64,000 nt of DNA, from the sequence record DRR723986_5155. One strand, 5' to 3'. Below, piece by piece: positions 18,974-30,322 of the stretch (positions are counted from its first letter, which is position 1; each line of letters starts with the position of its first letter). The translations under genes were made by a program, and so were the position numbers. The notes under the pieces are model-generated. The model was not told the DNA's origin and did not search any database. It worked only from the letters and a program-made list of their open reading frames with translations.

Positions 18974-20016
18974 GACGAGCCGCCGGTAGGGTCAGCCACT
19001 CGCACAGATACGCGAGCAGACAAGCCAGGGACAAGTCTGCCGATGAGTGGGTTGTCATTCAGTGTGATCTTTACTGGAATTCTTTGAACGACCCGCACGA
19101 AGTTTCCCGTCGCGTTGTCGGAAGGAATTAGGCTGAATGCCGTCCCTGTTCCCGGTGCCAGGCTCACGACTGTTCCCCTGATTTCTATATCGGGGTATCC
19201 ATCAACCCAAATCCTGGCTTCCTGTCCCGATCGAATCCTCCCCAGCTGTACTTCCTTGAAGTTCGCAATCAGCCAGATGTTTTCGATAGGTACGATGTCT
19301 AGCAGAGAAGCTCCCGTCGTCACGAAGCGGCCGACGCGTACCTGTCTATTGCCGACGACACCGTCAACCGGCGCGCGAACAATGGTATTATCGAGGTCTA
19401 TGCGGGCTAGGTCGCGACTTGCCTTTGCCTGCGCCAGAGAAGCTTCGGCGGCTTTCCTCTGTGCTGCGAGTACATCCAGTTTCTTTTCCGCGGCGCTCAG
19501 GGCCGCTTCCGAAGCCTTGACCGCGGAATTGGCCTGATTTTTTGCAGCTTCCGCCTGGTCCAATTGTGCTTTGCTTGCCGTTTTGGATTTAGCGAGACTG
19601 TCGTAGCGCCCAAAATTCTGCTTTGCCAGGGTTTGAGCCGCTTGAACCGACGCAAGCTGGGCTTTGGCCTGAACAATTGCTGCTTCCTGAAGCCCTCTTT
19701 CCGCATCCAGATTAGACAAGGCCGCCAATGCCGCCGCAACATTTGCGTCGGCTTGGGCAAGGCGGGCGCGATAATCGCGGTCATCGATACGGAACAGAAT
19801 ATCGCCTGTCTTGACGGCTTGGTTGTCGTTCACTCCGACGTCAGTGACGTAGCCTGATACCTTCGGGGCTAGGGAAGTGATGTCGGATCGAAAATAGGCA
19901 TTGTCAGTCGCTTCCTCGAAGCGACCCGTCCGCCACCAGTTCCATCCGGAATTACCAAGAAACAGGAGCAACCCCGCCAGAGCGGATATAACCAGGAATT
20001 TCAGGACTTTTCTCAT
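18970..20016 (-). CDS. HlyD/EmrA-like membrane fusion protein
   Basis: TDNAY, APKVSGYV, NATGNFVRVVQRIPV. Confidence 0.95.
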   Translation of the reverse strand: MRKVLKFLVISALAGLLLFLGNSGWNWWRTGRFEEATDNAYFRSDITSLAPKVSGYVTDVGVNDNQAVKTGDILFRIDDRDYRARLAQADANVAAALAALSNLDAERGLQEAAIVQAKAQLASVQAAQTLAKQNFGRYDSLAKSKTASKAQLDQAEAAKNQANSAVKASEAALSAAEKKLDVLAAQRKAAEASLAQAKASRDLARIDLDNTIVRAPVDGVVGNRQVRVGRFVTTGASLLDIVPIENIWLIANFKEVQLGRIRSGQEARIWVDGYPDIEIRGTVVSLAPGTGTAFSLIPSDNATGNFVRVVQRIPVKITLNDNPLIGRLVPGLSARVSVRVADPTGGSS

Positions 20017-20049
20017 GGCGTTTCCTTGGTACCAGCCATTACCATTGCG

Positions 20050-20082
20050 TTGACTGGTACGGTAACTTACCGTACCAGTCAA
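20050..20082. promoter_or_regulatory. TetR operator overlapping divergent promoters
   Basis: Perfect 16-1-16 palindrome TTGACTGGTACGGTAA-C-TTACCGTACCAGTCAA with TTGAC at both ends. Confidence 0.85.
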
Positions 20083-20105
20083 ATGCATTTTTCCCGGAGG
20101 TACTC

Positions 20106-20735
20106 ATGGCTGAGCATGCAGTTTCCCGTCGTTCGACAGCAAAACAGAGACGTTCCGCCATTTTAAAGGCCGCGGCGGATCTCTTCTTCGAACAGGGCTA
20201 TTCCACGACAAGCATTGATGCGATCATCGAACGTGTTGGTGGATCAAAACGTAACGTCTACAGTGAGTTCGGTAGCAAAGAGGGACTGTTTACCGCCTTG
20301 GTTACCGACACTGCCGACAGAGCATTGATTGCTCTGGAGCCTGATCGATCAGGTGAGCGTAGTCTTGGTGAAACACTTCGAGATTTTGGTCGGCAACTTC
20401 TCATCGTATACATGTCTCCCGCCTCAATAGGTGTTCTACGAACCATCATGGCGGAAGCCACAAGGTTTCCGGAACTTACACGGGCCTTTTACGAGACCGG
20501 ACCTGGCCGATCATCCGCGCGTCTCACCGAAGTGCTCGAGGCCGCAAGGTCAAGCGGTGAAATCACCGTTGCCGATTGTTCGAAGGCTGCTGACAACTTC
20601 ATGGGAATGCTCCGAGATAATCTGCATCTCCAGGTCATGCTCGGGCTAAAGCCGCCTCCCGACGACCGGGAAATCGATCTAATCGTTCAGACGGTCGTCG
20701 ATATCTTCCTGCACGGAGTATGTCGCCGCCAGTAG
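20106..20735 (+). CDS. TetR/AcrR-family regulator
   Basis: N-terminal TetR HTH; divergent from the efflux operon. Confidence 0.95.
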   Translation: MAEHAVSRRSTAKQRRSAILKAAADLFFEQGYSTTSIDAIIERVGGSKRNVYSEFGSKEGLFTALVTDTADRALIALEPDRSGERSLGETLRDFGRQLLIVYMSPASIGVLRTIMAEATRFPELTRAFYETGPGRSSARLTEVLEAARSSGEITVADCSKAADNFMGMLRDNLHLQVMLGLKPPPDDREIDLIVQTVVDIFLHGVCRRQ

Positions 20736-21247
20736 AAGTGCTCGCTCGTATGGCTTCCGAAGACTTCGACTTGGAGGAGTGGTTCTCTTCAGCGCTCCTG
20801 TGACATGGCGCGACTACATGTTCCAAAAACGATCTCCATCCACCTTGTCCAATCCGTCGCATCACTCCGCCAACATAGACCTTGAACGAAGGTAACGAAC
20901 ACCTATGCGCGTGTTCAGGTGACGTAAACCAGAAATTTAAAGCCCCTTATCAAATAGGTGCTGACGTTGAGCTGCGGTTCGTCTTTGCTATCTGAAGGTC
21001 TGCACCAGAGGCGTGGGTTTTGAGTTGTTGGACCGGTGTTCTGGAAAACAGATGATCTTTGGAGATTGGCAACGAATGGCTTGGGTTTCCTATGCCTAGG
21101 TACAGTCTGCCTCCAACGTTCGCCTGATCGAAGACCTCCCATTATCTGCGTAAATTCCTATCAAGTTGAAGGCCGGGTTTGGTTTCGCTGTTCTGCTAAC
21201 AGGGAGGCTCTAATGCCGCACGGAGCCTAAGAGAAATCTCCCATGGA

Positions 21248-21979
21248 GTGGCAAATACAGACCGCGGAACGGTAGTTCGGGCCAATCCTTTAGCGACGGT
21301 TAACGGGAGGGTCGTCGAACTGGACAATTTGAAGACGCTAATAAAGCTCGCTGAAGAGGGGCTTAACCTCCTGGAAGATGACCGTATTGAGCACCCGGTT
21401 TCAGAAATCCTGCCCGTTGCTGGGGAGGTAAAGGCTCCGATCAAACTTGCTCACGCGCTGCTGCCAAGGACGAAAATGAGTGCTGGAAACAACTCTCTTC
21501 CTACCGAACACATCAATATCACCACTTGTTTGATCGAGTTGCGTGATCTGGTGTCGCAAACTTGGGATCCCGGCATCAGGCTGGAACTCCAAATCAACGC
21601 AATTATCCCGCCGATCACTTGCAATCGTGTCGAATTCCAGAGTGCCGTACTCAGTCTTTTGCTCAACGCTGTTGAGGCGATGCCAAGTGGCGGCAAGATA
21701 CTACTAGCCGCGCGATTGATACAGCCGAGTGCTTCCACATTGGAATTGGAACTGCAAGTCATAGACAACGGACACGGTATGAGCCGCGAAACCCTTAGCC
21801 AGATTTTTGAGCCATTTTTTACGACGAAGACAAAAGGACTGGGCGGGTTGGGCCTGTGTCTGGTCAGGCGGTTCGCTGAAGGTCTGGGCGGCCGTTTGGA
21901 AATTGATTCCGTCCTTGGTCTTGGAACAACCGCCTCACTCATTTTTCCAATAGATCCAGACGTCAAGATTGCCCTTTGA
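21248..21979 (+). CDS. HATPase_c (histidine-kinase-like) protein without an evident H-box
   Basis: NAVEAM, DNGHG, FEPFFTTK, GLGL boxes. Confidence 0.8.
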   Translation: MANTDRGTVVRANPLATVNGRVVELDNLKTLIKLAEEGLNLLEDDRIEHPVSEILPVAGEVKAPIKLAHALLPRTKMSAGNNSLPTEHINITTCLIELRDLVSQTWDPGIRLELQINAIIPPITCNRVEFQSAVLSLLLNAVEAMPSGGKILLAARLIQPSASTLELELQVIDNGHGMSRETLSQIFEPFFTTKTKGLGGLGLCLVRRFAEGLGGRLEIDSVLGLGTTASLIFPIDPDVKIAL

Positions 21980-22041
21980 GACAGTTAGGATGAATTCCGC
22001 TTCGATTGTCGGGAAAATACAGTCGTTTCAGCTTGTGCTTC

Positions 22042-22070
22042 ATAACGCGGACAAATATAGTCCGTGTTAT
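22042..22070. promoter_or_regulatory. Probable autoregulatory operator of the Rrf2 regulator
   Basis: ATAACGCGGAC-N7-GTCCGTGTTAT inverted repeat abutting the start codon. Confidence 0.7.
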
Positions 22071-22608
22071 GGCGCATTTAACGGTTGGTGTTGAATACGG
22101 GCTGCATTGCCTGCTTTGGCTGATGATTTGTGAGGGGACTCCGATGAGCAGTCGGGACCTGGCTCAATTGCAGGACGTGTCGCCCACTTTCGTCGCGAAG
22201 ATATTTCCGAAACTTGAAAAAGCAGGAATTGTTCGAGCGAAGGAAGGGGTGCGGGGTGGATACCAGCTCGCTACCGCACCTGAAGCTATCAGCATTCTGG
22301 CAGTTGTTGATGCGATCGAAGGTAAGAAGCCGCTCTTCGAATGTCGTGAAGTCAGAAATCAGTGCGCGTTGTTCGGCAATTACGCTCCTGATTGGGCAAC
22401 AAGGGGGGTCTGTGCCATTCACGCAGTGATGCTCCGTGCAGAAGAAGCAATGCGCCGTGAGCTTGCGCGTCAATCTCTTGCTGATTTGGCCGCGGTTCTC
22501 GCGCTAAAGATGCCGCCCGAATTCACCGACGACGTTCGAGAATGGCTTGATGAACGGGTCGCTGCAAAGGGAAAAAAGACGGCGAAAGATGATCCAGCAC
22601 TTTGCTAA
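22069..22608 (+). CDS. Rrf2-family transcriptional regulator
   Basis: VEYGLHCL, GVRGGYQLA, VVDAIEG, Cys-rich C-terminal part. Confidence 0.93.
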   Translation: MAHLTVGVEYGLHCLLWLMICEGTPMSSRDLAQLQDVSPTFVAKIFPKLEKAGIVRAKEGVRGGYQLATAPEAISILAVVDAIEGKKPLFECREVRNQCALFGNYAPDWATRGVCAIHAVMLRAEEAMRRELARQSLADLAAVLALKMPPEFTDDVREWLDERVAAKGKKTAKDDPALC

Positions 22609-22721
22609 CGATCCGGCACTTTGCTCATGATGATACTACGTGAGTTAGTCGGATCCGTTAGCTGGCGAGATTGGGGGCAAAGTTAGAGACAGTTGGAAAT
22701 CTCCATATTGGAGGAAAACAA

Positions 22722-23378
22722 ATGGCAAGCCTTGATATTATTAAAGATACCGATCGTCCTCTGGTCCTGATCGTCGATGACGATAAAGAAGTAAGAAACT
22801 CGCTCCAGGAACTCATGCTTTCAGTAGGTCTTGAGGCGACCTGTTTTTCTTCGCCCCGCGAATTGCTGGATGCAAGTCTACCGGACCGACCAGGCTGCCT
22901 TGTACTTGATGTTCGAATGCCGGGTTCAAGCGGTCTTGACTTACAACTTCAACTTCTGGGGCAGGGGAATGCAAAGCCCGTCATCTTTTTGACAGGTCAT
23001 GGCGATATCCCGATGACCGTTCAGGCAATGAAAGCTGGTGCTATTGATTTCCTGACCAAGCCCGTTCGAGATCAAACCCTTCTCGATGCCGTTATCTCTG
23101 CAATTGAAAGTGACATTTCGCAGCGGGAGAGGGACAAGGCGACCAGGGAGCATCTGGACAGGTATGCAACCCTCACTCCTCGCGAGCGACAGGTCCTGAA
23201 AGAAGTTGCGCATGGACGTTTGAACAAACAGATCGCATTTGATTTCGGGATCAGCGAAATCACTGTGAAACTGCACAGAAGCAACGTCATGAAGAAAATG
23301 CAGACTATGTCGATCGGGGAGCTCATCCGGGCCTGGGACGCAATACCGGCGGAAGTTCGGGAAAACAATCATCTTTGA
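22722..23378 (+). CDS. FixJ/NodW-like response regulator (REC plus LuxR HTH)
   Basis: IVDDD, LDVRMPG, AMKAGAIDFLTKP, LTPRE, LNKQIA. Confidence 0.95.
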   Translation: MASLDIIKDTDRPLVLIVDDDKEVRNSLQELMLSVGLEATCFSSPRELLDASLPDRPGCLVLDVRMPGSSGLDLQLQLLGQGNAKPVIFLTGHGDIPMTVQAMKAGAIDFLTKPVRDQTLLDAVISAIESDISQRERDKATREHLDRYATLTPRERQVLKEVAHGRLNKQIAFDFGISEITVKLHRSNVMKKMQTMSIGELIRAWDAIPAEVRENNHL

Positions 23379-24361
23379 GGCGCAGAAGGTCTGCAAGCGC
23401 GTAGCGTGTCGCCGGGATACGTCCACGACGCTGCACTAATACAAATCAACCTGGTTGAATTCTTGGCGGTATTTCCCGAGCCATTCGGAGCTGTTGTCAT
23501 CCCGGCGTAGCAATCCATTCCGAAGTTCTCCCTGGAGCGGGTGAGCGGGCCACCAAGTCGACGCTTACAAGAGCACAGTCTATCGGGTTTTTAGTGCCCT
23601 CCAGGTCCGTTCGGCCTATGCGTTTCATTTCACCCACAACCGTTCGCATTATCCCAATAGCTACAAGCGATTTGGCTCGGGTTAGTTCGCGTTTGATCGA
23701 TTCGTCCTGACAATCGTATTGCCCAACCTGTACTCCGGTCTGATATGGCCGATGCCTTCGCCTGATAGTTAACCGATCCGAGATTTTGCATCCTCTTCCA
23801 TGACACGCACGCAGTCACGAGGAGAGCGCAAATGTCGGTCCTTATCAGGGTACTTGTCTTCGCTGCTACAGCCGCAGCTTCGGGAGACGGAGCAACGCAA
23901 CCCCTGGCCTCCAGTGGAAAGCAAGCCATTGTGCTGATGCTCGGCAACTTTGATGAGTGCGCATCTTGGAGGGAAGTTATCACAGCGAGCAATTGTTGCT
24001 TTTCCTTCCTATTCCGGCATCGGCTTTTCGTTGCCCTCCTTCGCTGGCGTAAACCGCAATTCGCTTAAGCAGGAGCAGGGCCATGGAAAACTGCAACAGA
24101 ACCACATGCGCTTCGTTTCACGAGTGTGCAGCTCGGCGTGGTGATGGAATTCATCCGCGTCTTCTCGAAGCATTGGTCAAAACCGGTACTGCGGCGGGTC
24201 CGACGGCTCAACCGGAGCAACGCGACAATAACGTCTCCCAGCTGGATGTTGGGTGCCGCGTGAAAACTTCCAAGCCACTCTGAAATATGAACTTTCTTAC
24301 GTTCGCGGCAATAATGACGCAAGCGCGGGAACATTACATACCCTCGACAGGAGAATTGAAA

Positions 24362-25117
24362 ATGAAAATCGTAGTAATCGGCGGAACCGGACTGATCGGG
24401 TCCAAGACGGTTGAACGTTTGCGCGGCGCTGGTCATGACGTAGTCGCTGCTTCTCCGAATTCTGGCATCAACACGTTCACCGGCGAGGGCCTCGATGAGG
24501 CACTTAAAGGTGTCAAAGTTGTTGTCGACCTCGCGAACTCACCTTCGTTCGAAGAAGGGGCTGCGATGGAATTCTTCGATGTCGCCGGTCGGAACCTTCT
24601 GGAGGCAGAGACCAGAGCAGGTGTGAAACACCATGTCGCGCTTTCCGTCGTTGGCACCGACAGGCTACAAGGAATGGGATACTTCAGAGCCAAACAGCAT
24701 CAGGAAGAGTTGATCAAGAACTTTGGTAAGCCCTACACGATTGTTCATTCGACACAATTCTACGAATTCATGGGAGCGATCGCGCAGTCGGGAACCGATG
24801 GCAATGAAGTTCGGCTGCCGTCGGCATCGCTTCAGCCAATTGCTGCGGACAACGTTGCCGACGCGATGGCGATGGTGGCACAAGACCACCCACTCAATGA
24901 CACTATGGAAATCGCCGGGCCGCAACGATCAGCCATGACCGACTTTGTTGCTAAATACCTGAAAGCAACGAACGATCCGCGCAAAGTCGTTGTCGATGAG
25001 ACCGCGCCTTACTTTGAAGTCCAGATCGACGATCGAACCCTGGTTCCGGCCGATGGAGCTCATATCGGACGCATCTGGTTTACGGAGTGGCTGAAGTCTT
25101 CGGCAGTCCGGAAGTGA
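24362..25117 (+). CDS. NmrA-like / atypical SDR NAD(P)-binding protein
   Basis: MKIVVIGGTGLIG, GYFRAK. Confidence 0.9.
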   Translation: MKIVVIGGTGLIGSKTVERLRGAGHDVVAASPNSGINTFTGEGLDEALKGVKVVVDLANSPSFEEGAAMEFFDVAGRNLLEAETRAGVKHHVALSVVGTDRLQGMGYFRAKQHQEELIKNFGKPYTIVHSTQFYEFMGAIAQSGTDGNEVRLPSASLQPIAADNVADAMAMVAQDHPLNDTMEIAGPQRSAMTDFVAKYLKATNDPRKVVVDETAPYFEVQIDDRTLVPADGAHIGRIWFTEWLKSSAVRK

Positions 25118-25285
25118 GAATTCCTTCGAGCACCAAATGACGCCGAGGAGGCGTTTGCTGTCGCAGACTCCCCAACAAATGACGTGATGCCGATCAGGAA
25201 AACCTGACCGGCTATCCGGTCGGTCGCGTGAAAAGTCGCGGCCGACCTAGATTCCCCTACGTCGGATTAACTCAAGGAATTCAAA

Positions 25286-25792
25286 ATGACCGAACAAGCA
25301 ACGTCTGGCGCTGCTAGCAGACGCGTGGACTACGCGGGGCAATCGACCGATCTCGTGAAGAAGCTCACCGAGTTACTTGTCGCAACGCGCGAAACCACAA
25401 TCGAGGAGTCCATTCGGGATTTGGTGAACGTACGCGCTGCTCAGGTGAACGGATGCACCTTCTGTCTCGACATGCACGTCAAGCAAGCCAAAATGCATGG
25501 TGAGAGTGAACTTCGTCTTTATCACCTTGCCTCCTGGCGCGACTCCAAGCTGTTTACACCACGTGAACGAGCGGCACTCGCATGGACAGAGATCCTCACA
25601 AAGCTGCCAGAGCAAGGAGTGCCGGACGCAATCTACGAGCGTGTTCGCACCCAGCTCTCGGAAAGAGAAATCTCAGACCTCGCATTTGTGGTTGTTGTGG
25701 CCAACGCCTGGAATCGACTGAACATTGGCTTCAAGCCTGTTCCAGGGTCTCTCGATGCTAAATTCGGCCTCGAAAAGGCCGACCTGAGTTGA
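25286..25792 (+). CDS. CMD/AhpD-like protein
   Basis: RAAQVNGCTFCLDMH. Confidence 0.92.
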   Translation: MTEQATSGAASRRVDYAGQSTDLVKKLTELLVATRETTIEESIRDLVNVRAAQVNGCTFCLDMHVKQAKMHGESELRLYHLASWRDSKLFTPRERAALAWTEILTKLPEQGVPDAIYERVRTQLSEREISDLAFVVVVANAWNRLNIGFKPVPGSLDAKFGLEKADLS

Positions 25793-25855
25793 GGCAATCG
25801 GATCGGTCGAGATTACCTGAAAACACGTAATTTAGACCGAACCCGGGAGGTCAAA

Positions 25856-26293
25856 ATGCAAATTGAACGGATTCTTTCCATGACCTTGGCGCGTCTGTCC
25901 GTGATGCACATCGACGCTTCCTTGCATGCGGTGGCGGAATTGTTGGCCAGACCTGGCACTGGTCTGGTGATTGTATGTGACGAACTTGATCAGATGGCGG
26001 GTGTACTCAGTAAATCGGATCTAGTTCGCCAGATGATCTACCCGAATCCCAACACGATTTCGATTGACAGGCTAATGACAAAGAACGTCATTTCCTGTCG
26101 ACCGGAAGATGATCTTTTCAAAGTCTGGGACATTATGACGGAGAGACGATTGCAGAATGTCCCGGTTCTGGGCTCGGGCAACCGCGCCGTTGGCGTGCTG
26201 GACGTGCGCGACGCCTTTAAAGTGCTTTTCGAGCACGAGCGTTTCCAAGAACAAATGCTAGCCAATTACATTGCAGGTATCGGCTACCTTTGA
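25856..26293 (+). CDS. CBS-domain protein
   Basis: Tandem CBS pattern (GVLSKSDLV, LMTKNVISCRPED, GVLDVRD). Confidence 0.9.
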   Translation: MQIERILSMTLARLSVMHIDASLHAVAELLARPGTGLVIVCDELDQMAGVLSKSDLVRQMIYPNPNTISIDRLMTKNVISCRPEDDLFKVWDIMTERRLQNVPVLGSGNRAVGVLDVRDAFKVLFEHERFQEQMLANYIAGIGYL

Positions 26294-26672
26294 GACCCTC
26301 CCTCGAACTGAATGTACAACGGGTCGCAGGCAACTGCCGGGATAGCTCCTGTACGAGTTGATCACGGTTGGTTGCGGCATAAGTGTTCGTCCGGTCCAAT
26401 GCATGACCAGCATCTCTAATACCGTCGCGAAGCAATTATTCTTTATTATGTGAGTGCCACATCGAGCCCTATTCTTCGGCACAGGTTTATTCATTATCCG
26501 ATCGGCGTATTCTGAGCACACTAGCGCCAGTCTCTTAAGACGCGGAACTGAAATAGGATTTCCAAAATGCACGGTGCTGCGGATTGTGAAAGAAACCGGA
26601 ACATCATCCGTTGAGAGTAGCGTCATGCCACATACGCATGCCGGCTGCACGGCGGATAGGAGCTGCGGACAA

Positions 26673-29246
26673 ATGACGGGAGCGTTTCCTCACTTCATCA
26701 GTTACCGGTCCTTAGTGATCATATCTATTTTTACTGGTGTCGTCGTCGCCGGACTTTCTGGCTCTCCTTACGGTTACCTGGCCCCGTTGTCAGCGATCTT
26801 CGTATTTACGAAAGACAGGCTCGTCGGGCTTATCTTCGCCAGTCTTGCTTTGGCTTTGGTATTCGCCCTCCTTATTGCGTGGAAGGTGGCAGATCTCCGC
26901 CAGATCGCACTGGTTTGGATGCTGTTCTGTTTATCAGCAATTTGCCTGGGTGCGATCATCACCATGAGTATTCCCATATTGGCTGCGCGCTGTTTTGATA
27001 GGCGAGCTTCGCCAAAACAGTCACAGGTTTTCTCGGAGGCCGTATTTGAAGGTGGGGCAGGGGCCGTGGATGCTGTCCACCCCGAAGATCGGGCAAATGT
27101 TGCTCAAGCGACTTCACGTGCATTTTGGAGCGGTGTTCCGCAAGTTATTGGCTATCGACATAGGCAGTCTGACGGCAGCTATCGCTGGACTGAACTGCGG
27201 GCCGAACCAGGATACCAAGTGGGTGTCGAAGTCAGTCCGCTTGTTCATTCGCCGGACGAAGAATGGACGGTGGCAGACAGCCTTGGAGAAACCAGCGAAG
27301 CGGTACGTGCCGCCCTCTTCGTTGAGAAGCTACACGGAGCGGCATTCGCTTTCGATGCTGCGGGCAAATTTACCTATGCGACACCCGTGGCTCAAACTTC
27401 CATATCCATGACACTCGAAGACCTGAATCGCCCTTTGGGAGGAGGGAATTTTCTGGAGGGAGGAGACATGGGCTGGAAACTGGGCGTTCATCCTGAAGAC
27501 TACGAGGCGGCAGCAACCCATCTACGCCAATGCATGCGGACGGGCGAGGATTTCAATCACGAATACCGGGTACTGCGGTCATCCGGAAAGTATGTCTGGC
27601 ACCGTTTCGCGATACGACCAACCAAGGATAACGACAATCGGATTACGGGTTGGTACGGGATAGGCTTCGACATCGACGTTTACAAGCAAACAGAGTCGGC
27701 TTTGCGTCAGCGCGAACAACAGCTGAATCAGCTTATCGATACTGTTCCTGCGTTGATCTGGAGCACTGCTTCGGACGGGACACCAGCATACGTGAACAAG
27801 CGGTTCACCGATGCTACCGGAGCGACCCTGCAAGATATCACCGCGTCCGATGGCTCTCCATCGCTAAGCGTGATCCATCCGGATTTTCGCGAAGCATCGA
27901 GGAAGGCACTATCCCGGTCATTTGCAACCGGGGAGCAGTACCACATGAGGTACTTGCAAAAACGTGCAGACGGATCCTATCGCTGGACTGAAACCAGAGC
28001 GGAACCATTGCGTGATGAGAAAGGCGATATTGTTCAGTGGTTTGGTGTGAGTGTCGATATTCATGACATGGTGGAGACACAAGAGGCGTTGCGGCGAAGC
28101 GAAAGGCATCGACAGCAACTTATCGAGACCTTGCCGGCGATGATCTATTGCGCCGACCCGGAGGGCAAACCCACATATCGAAGTCAGCAACTTCGGGGAT
28201 TTCTCGGCTTTAATCTCGCCGACATGGACGAAGAGGGCAAGCCGCGACTGGCTAGCACGCTTGAATCGATAATTCATCCGGACGATCTAGCTGCTGTCAA
28301 AGCGAAATATCATAGGTCCCTGACAACTGGAGAACCTTACACCTTCAAACATCGCTTAAAGCGCTATGATGGAGTGTTTCGTTGGGTTGAAACCCGCGCG
28401 GCTCCCATGCGGAATTCTGAAGGGCAAATCACGCAGTGGAACGGTATTTGTATCGACATAGATGACGTCGTACGGGCCCAGGAGGAATTACGGCTTGCAC
28501 AGGAAAATCTCGCTCGGGCGAGCCAAGCGGCGAGCTTGGCGGAACTCTCAGCGTCGATAGCACATGAAGTCAACCAGCCGTTGGCGGCGGTTATGAATTA
28601 TTCGAGCGCTTGTCAGCGTTGGCTGGACGCTGACCCGCCGAATATTGAGAGAGCACAAAAAACGGTAGAGCGCATTGTAACCAGCGCGAATACCGCTGCC
28701 GAAGTTGTTGGCCGCGTCCGAGCATTGTTCAGGCAATCGTCCGCTACGAAAACCTGTTCCTCGCTGACAAGTGTGGTCGAGGAAGTGCGCGAGTTGTTGT
28801 CAGAGGAAATCGTTCGCCGTCGTATTCGCCTGGAAGTCGACGTTGAAGCGGGCGTTTCGGTCGCGCTTTTCGACCGTATCCAAATCCAACAAGTACTGAT
28901 CAATCTAGCTCGTAATGGAATAGAAGCTATGGCCAACATTCCGAGCGAAGGTTTGCTGAGAATTGCAGTCAGGTCCGATGAAAATATGGTTCGCGTCGAG
29001 GTGAGTGACCAAGGACCCGGAATTCCGTTCCCGGAACGCATATTTGAGCCCTTCTTCACAACCAAGGAACAGGGCATGGGAATGGGACTGGCAATTTGCC
29101 GATCTATCGTTGAATCGCATGGAGGAAAGTTGTGGGTGGAGGAGAATAAACCTCGCGGGGCTACATTTCTGTTCACCTTGCCACTTGAACCTTTAATTGC
29201 CTCAGAAAGTCAAAACGGAAATGGGCTGGATAGGAACAGCAAATGA
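26673..29246 (+). CDS. Membrane multi-PAS sensor histidine kinase (NodV-like); start uncertain
   Basis: TM segments, repeated HPED/HPDD PAS/PAC motifs, IAHEVNQPL H-box, N/G1/F/G2 boxes. Confidence 0.93.
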   Translation: MTGAFPHFISYRSLVIISIFTGVVVAGLSGSPYGYLAPLSAIFVFTKDRLVGLIFASLALALVFALLIAWKVADLRQIALVWMLFCLSAICLGAIITMSIPILAARCFDRRASPKQSQVFSEAVFEGGAGAVDAVHPEDRANVAQATSRAFWSGVPQVIGYRHRQSDGSYRWTELRAEPGYQVGVEVSPLVHSPDEEWTVADSLGETSEAVRAALFVEKLHGAAFAFDAAGKFTYATPVAQTSISMTLEDLNRPLGGGNFLEGGDMGWKLGVHPEDYEAAATHLRQCMRTGEDFNHEYRVLRSSGKYVWHRFAIRPTKDNDNRITGWYGIGFDIDVYKQTESALRQREQQLNQLIDTVPALIWSTASDGTPAYVNKRFTDATGATLQDITASDGSPSLSVIHPDFREASRKALSRSFATGEQYHMRYLQKRADGSYRWTETRAEPLRDEKGDIVQWFGVSVDIHDMVETQEALRRSERHRQQLIETLPAMIYCADPEGKPTYRSQQLRGFLGFNLADMDEEGKPRLASTLESIIHPDDLAAVKAKYHRSLTTGEPYTFKHRLKRYDGVFRWVETRAAPMRNSEGQITQWNGICIDIDDVVRAQEELRLAQENLARASQAASLAELSASIAHEVNQPLAAVMNYSSACQRWLDADPPNIERAQKTVERIVTSANTAAEVVGRVRALFRQSSATKTCSSLTSVVEEVRELLSEEIVRRRIRLEVDVEAGVSVALFDRIQIQQVLINLARNGIEAMANIPSEGLLRIAVRSDENMVRVEVSDQGPGIPFPERIFEPFFTTKEQGMGMGLAICRSIVESHGGKLWVEENKPRGATFLFTLPLEPLIASESQNGNGLDRNSK

Positions 29247-29605
29247 GCAATCAAAGGCCGGTAGTGGCCATTGTCGATGATGATCCTCGCGTGCTTGAAT
29301 CACTCGAAGAACTGCTTGAATCCGCCGGCTACCAAACCAGCAGTTTCGCATCGGCAGACGCATTCATCGGTAACGGCCTGGGTGGAATCGATGTTCTTAT
29401 CACAGACATAGGAATACCTGGCGTCGATGGCTTTCAACTCCGTAAGTGGGTATTGGACAGGAAGCCTGATATGCCCGTATTCCTTATCACCGGCCGTCAC
29501 GAGATCGCGGATCGTAGTCAGGCACACGGCATAACCGGTCTATTTCGGAAACCTTACGAAGGTCAGTCATTGTTGGCTGCAATAGAGGCGGCTTTCGGAA
29601 AATGA
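29243..29605 (+). CDS. Single-domain response regulator
   Basis: IVDDD, ITDIGIPG, RKP; coupled to the kinase. Confidence 0.92.
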   Translation: MSNQRPVVAIVDDDPRVLESLEELLESAGYQTSSFASADAFIGNGLGGIDVLITDIGIPGVDGFQLRKWVLDRKPDMPVFLITGRHEIADRSQAHGITGLFRKPYEGQSLLAAIEAAFGK

Positions 29606-29866
29606 ATTATGCTTTCCTGCATGCAGTCGAAGCCGAGTGAATGCAGTTTCACAATAAGCGGAGTTTTCCTCCCACATTGACTAAGCGCGAAAGGTCGTTC
29701 CAATTACTATCGCTGCGTGTTTGATTGCATGAATGCACCGACCGGGACGAGCCTTTGCGCGTTGATTAAGGAACTGTTTTGACCCCATCCCGGTCGTAAA
29801 GCTGCAAGCAACCTTTTCATAAACACAGTGGCGCCGTCGCGGCTAAGCAACAGCGCCAGCGCGTTT

Positions 29867-30322
29867 TCAGGGCTGCGCCTTCACCGGAAGTCGGAATGGT
29901 GCGCCTAGACGATTGAAGGCGTTCATAGCTGCGATCGTGATTGTAAGGTCTACCAAATCTTTAGGCTCGAAAACTGCCGAGACAGCACCATAGGCTCGGT
30001 CAGAAGCGTGTGTCTCGCTGACAAGCGTCACCTCTTCGGCCCAGGCCAGCGCCGCGCGGTACTGTTCGGAGAAAAGATACGGCACCTCTTCCCATACCGG
30101 GACCAGAGCGACCTTGTCGGCTGCCATGGTCTTTCGCAGATCGCGGGTGTGCAGGTCGATACAATGTGCGCAGCCGTTGATCTGCGATACGCGCAGGAAC
30201 ACGAGATGGATAAGTTCCTCAGGCAAATTCGTGTTGTGTGTGACGTAGTGATGGACGCCGAAAAGGGCCTTGGCTCCAGCGGGTGCTACCTCGTACCAGT
30301 TGAGGCGCGTTGTCTCATTCAT
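29867..30322 (-). CDS. CMD/AhpD-like protein
   Basis: LRVSQINGCAHCIDLH; AGGAG RBS. Confidence 0.92.
   Translation of the reverse strand: MNETTRLNWYEVAPAGAKALFGVHHYVTHNTNLPEELIHLVFLRVSQINGCAHCIDLHTRDLRKTMAADKVALVPVWEEVPYLFSEQYRAALAWAEEVTLVSETHASDRAYGAVSAVFEPKDLVDLTITIAAMNAFNRLGAPFRLPVKAQP

Noticed and set aside
23380-24350. Gene or ncRNA in the ~1 kb gap
   Set aside because: No recognisable domain, repeat or convincing structure seen by eye.
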